Assembly (NCBI RefSeq): GCF_009914755.1
Contig: NC_060929.1
Length of the DNA: 64,000 nt
DNA from: the human T2T-CHM13v2.0 reference genome, Homo sapiens
Reading direction: 5' to 3' (one strand)
Shown: one piece after another, positions 60,329-64,000 of the stretch
Layout: each line of letters starts with the position of its first letter
How positions within the stretch are numbered: the first letter of the stretch is position 1
Made by a program: the position numbers and the translations under genes
The notes under the pieces: generated by a model
What the model was told of the DNA's origin: nothing
Database searches by the model: none
What the model saw: the letters and a program-made list of their open reading frames with translations, nothing else

Positions 60329-60439
60329 AAATTATTTCTTTTAAACTCTTCCTTGGAAATGGTTTTTACAAGATGAGGAACATTCCTTCCACTAGCCTCT
60401 ATGGAGTTAAAGCTTCAGCCTTGATTTAATGACTTACTG

Positions 60440-60468
60440 CACACACACACACACGCACACGCACACAC
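60440..60468. repeat. (CA)n microsatellite with CG interruptions
   Basis: Direct reading of the sequence. Confidence 0.9.
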
Positions 60469-61634
60469 TCCAAAAACAAAAACCAAAACCCTAACTTGCA
60501 CAACTCCTATTCTGTGAAGACATTCTCTCACTCCAGAATGGGTCTTCCCAGGCTTCAAGATCCACCAAAGAGAATGGACTTCCAAAAAATTATTTTACTA
60601 AGGTACATAAGAAGAAAGCACCTTTTCAAAAATTCATTTTGGCATCAAGAATGTATGCTTTTTCCATGGTGGTTTGGGAATCATTACTTTAGAGATTTCA
60701 TGACAAAGAGATGAGGCTAATTTATTATTAGTGTTGGTAAAGTTTAGTGAAAACTGAATTCTAAGAGAAAGATTGGAAAAGAAAACCAAAATAAGGACTA
60801 GTACTAAAATAAAGAATTGACCACATTTTTTAAGGAAGTTCAAAGAAAATATTTGCAGAATACTTAAAGTGCCTCCATGGATGGAGCCTTGTGGGAACAG
60901 CATTTGAAAACACTTGCTGGCTATTCTTTAGGCCTTTGCTAGCAGTGCATTTCTGCGATTCTAGTTACTCTTTAGTAGAATGTCTCCATATTTAACCCAG
61001 GCTATGGAGAGAAAGGACATGGTTCTCTGGATGCCTACTCAATCTCAGAAAGCACAGGCCAGTAAGCCTCAACCAGGCTGAGTTCACTAGAGCCCCTTCT
61101 GACCTTGAAGAGTTCCTCCCTACAATGTAAATAACCCCATGTTTTCTCTTCTTGCATAAAAAAAAAGTATACACAGACAAATCTTCAAGCACCAATTTCC
61201 TCATTGAGATCATGCCCCTATTACAACGGAAGTGTTTTGCTGAGAGCTATTCATAGTAATTTCCGTTGGTAGTGATATACCCTCTGTTTCTGGTAAGTGC
61301 AAGGAAATCCACCAGCCTCTTCCTAGCAACCCCTTACTACTCACATAAGAAAGTGACCTACAGAAATAGGGATGGCCACCCATAAGGTAAGAAGGTGGGT
61401 CAAGAGTCCAAGAAATAGGAAGAAGCTGGGGTGATTTTGCTTTATTCTCCTGTAACCTCATCACCACATTTTTGTGTATGAGAAGCGAAGTAGAAAGGCA
61501 CCCCATGGTCTCCTTCTGCCTTCACAACAATCTAAATCCTCCCTCTTCAGGCAGAGGGGATTTTAAATTAAAAGAGGCTTAAGGGTCACAACAACCAAAT
61601 AAAACGAGTAGACCATTTTTGGCTCTAATTTAGC

Positions 61635-61900
61635 AAAACACCAAAAAAGAAACGTTAAGACAGTCAGAGAAATATGAACTTGGTATTAAATAAGTAATAT
61701 TCAAGAATTATTATTAGTTTTGTTAGGTGTGACTGTTATAAAATTGTCCTTTTTTTAGATGCATGCTAGAGTATTTAAGGGTGAGAAACGCCATTCGTCT
61801 ACTTCAAAGAGTATGTTAGAAATTTTTTGTAGTTTTTATTTTATAAAAAAGAAGAGAGGTAGAAAATGAGTATGGCAAAATGTTGAAAGTCACTGAAGCT
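61635..61900 (+). mobile_element. L1ME 3' fragment
   Basis: gaattattattagttttgttaggtgtga, gatgcatgctagagtatttaagggtga, tatggcaaaatgttga. Confidence 0.6.
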
Positions 61901-61919
61901 CATCTCTAAAATGGAAATA

Positions 61920-62358
61920 CAGTTCACTCTTGAACAACGTGGGTTTGAACTGCACAGGTCCACTTACACACGGAGTTTCTTCTGCCTCTGCCATTCCCGA
62001 TACGGCAAGACCAACCCCTACTCTTCTTCCTCCTCAGCCTACTCAACATGAAGACAACAAGGGTGAAGACCTGTATGATGATCCACTTCCACTTAATAAA
62101 TAGTAGATATATTTCCTCTTCCTTGTGATTTTCTTAATAACATTTTCTTTTCTCTGGCTTACTATATTGTAATATTACAGTATATAATACATATAATATA
62201 CAAAATATGTGTTAATCAACTGTTTATGTTAAATCGGTAAGGCTTCCAGTCAATAGTAGGCTATTAGTAGTTAAGTTTTTGAGGTGTCAAAATTTATATA
62301 TGGATTTCAACCACACAGGTCAGCGGCCCCAACCCCTGTGTTGTTCAGGGGTCAACTG
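61920..62358 (+). mobile_element. Tigger2a (TcMar-Tigger), full length, inserted in a MIR
   Basis: TIRs cagttcactcttgaacaac / gttgttcaggggtcaactg flanked by TA; 439 bp. Confidence 0.9.
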
Positions 62359-63086
62359 TAGTAAGATTTACCTTGTTGGACCGTTATTAAGATTAATGAG
62401 TTCATAAATGTATTTAGAGTAGTGCCTGACATATAGTAATCATTCAATAAATGTTAGCCATTATCATCGTTAAATAATTTCTGAAAGCATGAAGGTACTC
62501 TACAACATCATCTAGTCCAACTCCTTTATTTAGTAGAAGAAACACTTAAGGTAAAAAATGTTTTGTTTTGTTTTAAATGTCACAATGTTAGGTAAGTCAG
62601 AGCAGGTTCGAATTCAGCTTTCCCAGAACCCAGGCCAAAGGCCCTTTCCCTACACTTTACTCACTTTAAGATATATTCAATATTGAATTGAGTCAGTGTC
62701 TACCATGCTTTCTGCTCAGTACTAAGTAAAATACTAGGTCTTTTAAATAATGTAACATCTAGTTGAGATATAGTAATAATACTGGATTTTGTATAGTGGC
62801 TTTCACTTTTCAAAGTGCTTCTAACAAGTTCAAGGACAGGAAAAACATCTGTGGTGATGGAATAGTTGTTGCCTCAGGGTGGGAAGGATTGATTGAAAGG
62901 GGATATGAAATGGACATGTGGGAAGTTTCTGGGATGATATCTTAATTGGAGTGTTGGTTACATAGATGTACAGGCATACCTTGGAGATACTGCAAGTTCA
63001 GTTCCAGATCAGTGGAATAAAATGAATGTTGTAGTAAAGTGAGTCACATAAATTTTTTTGTTTCCTAGTATATATAAAAGTTATCT

Positions 63087-63400
<314 letters not shown>

Positions 63401-63480
63401 CTACACTGTAGTCCATTAAGTGTGCAATGGCATTATGTCTAAAAAACAATCTGCATGCCTTAATCTTAAAATGCTGAATT

Positions 63481-63797
<317 letters not shown>

Positions 63798-64000
63798 CTA
63801 ATGATCATCTGAGTTGTACTCTTTTGGCTGTTAGAAGGTCTTGCCTTGATGTTGGTGACTGCTAACTGATCAGGTTGCTGATCAGCTGGGTGGCTTTGGC
63901 AATTTTTTAAAATAGGATGACAATGAAGTGTGCCATATGAGTTGACTCTTGAGAGAATCTCTGGAGCATGTGATGCTGTTTGATAGCATTTTACTCACAG

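Overview
Primate (human-like) non-coding genomic DNA, either a large intron or intergenic. It is AT-rich, CpG-poor and dominated by interspersed repeats: about a dozen Alu elements or monomers, a full-length dead L1PA5-like element (45105-51248, -), a twin-primed inverted L1PA7/8-like element (38610-40697), several older L1s, a full THE1B-type MaLR provirus (55566-58137, -), a solo ERVL-class LTR, MLT1 LTRs, DNA transposon fossils (MER5, MARNA, MER91A, MER1, MER2, MER53, Tigger2a, Tigger1), L2/MIR/CR1 fragments and microsatellites. I recognise no host protein-coding exon and no RNA gene. Every long ORF in the track is L1, Alu or MaLR derived or chance length. I find no new biological system. 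The strongest non-routine signals are: (1) patchy non-allelic gene conversion between two inverted L1 copies of different subfamilies about 7 kb apart; (2) an exact 31-bp sequence copied 1.18 kb away, which supplies a possible splice acceptor; (3) a THE1B whose 3' LTR keeps and 5' LTR has lost the DUX4 site; and (4) an L1 5'UTR with ORF0 and its splice donor but a mutated YY1 site. Subfamily calls come from remembered consensus sequences and need RepeatMasker/Dfam confirmation.
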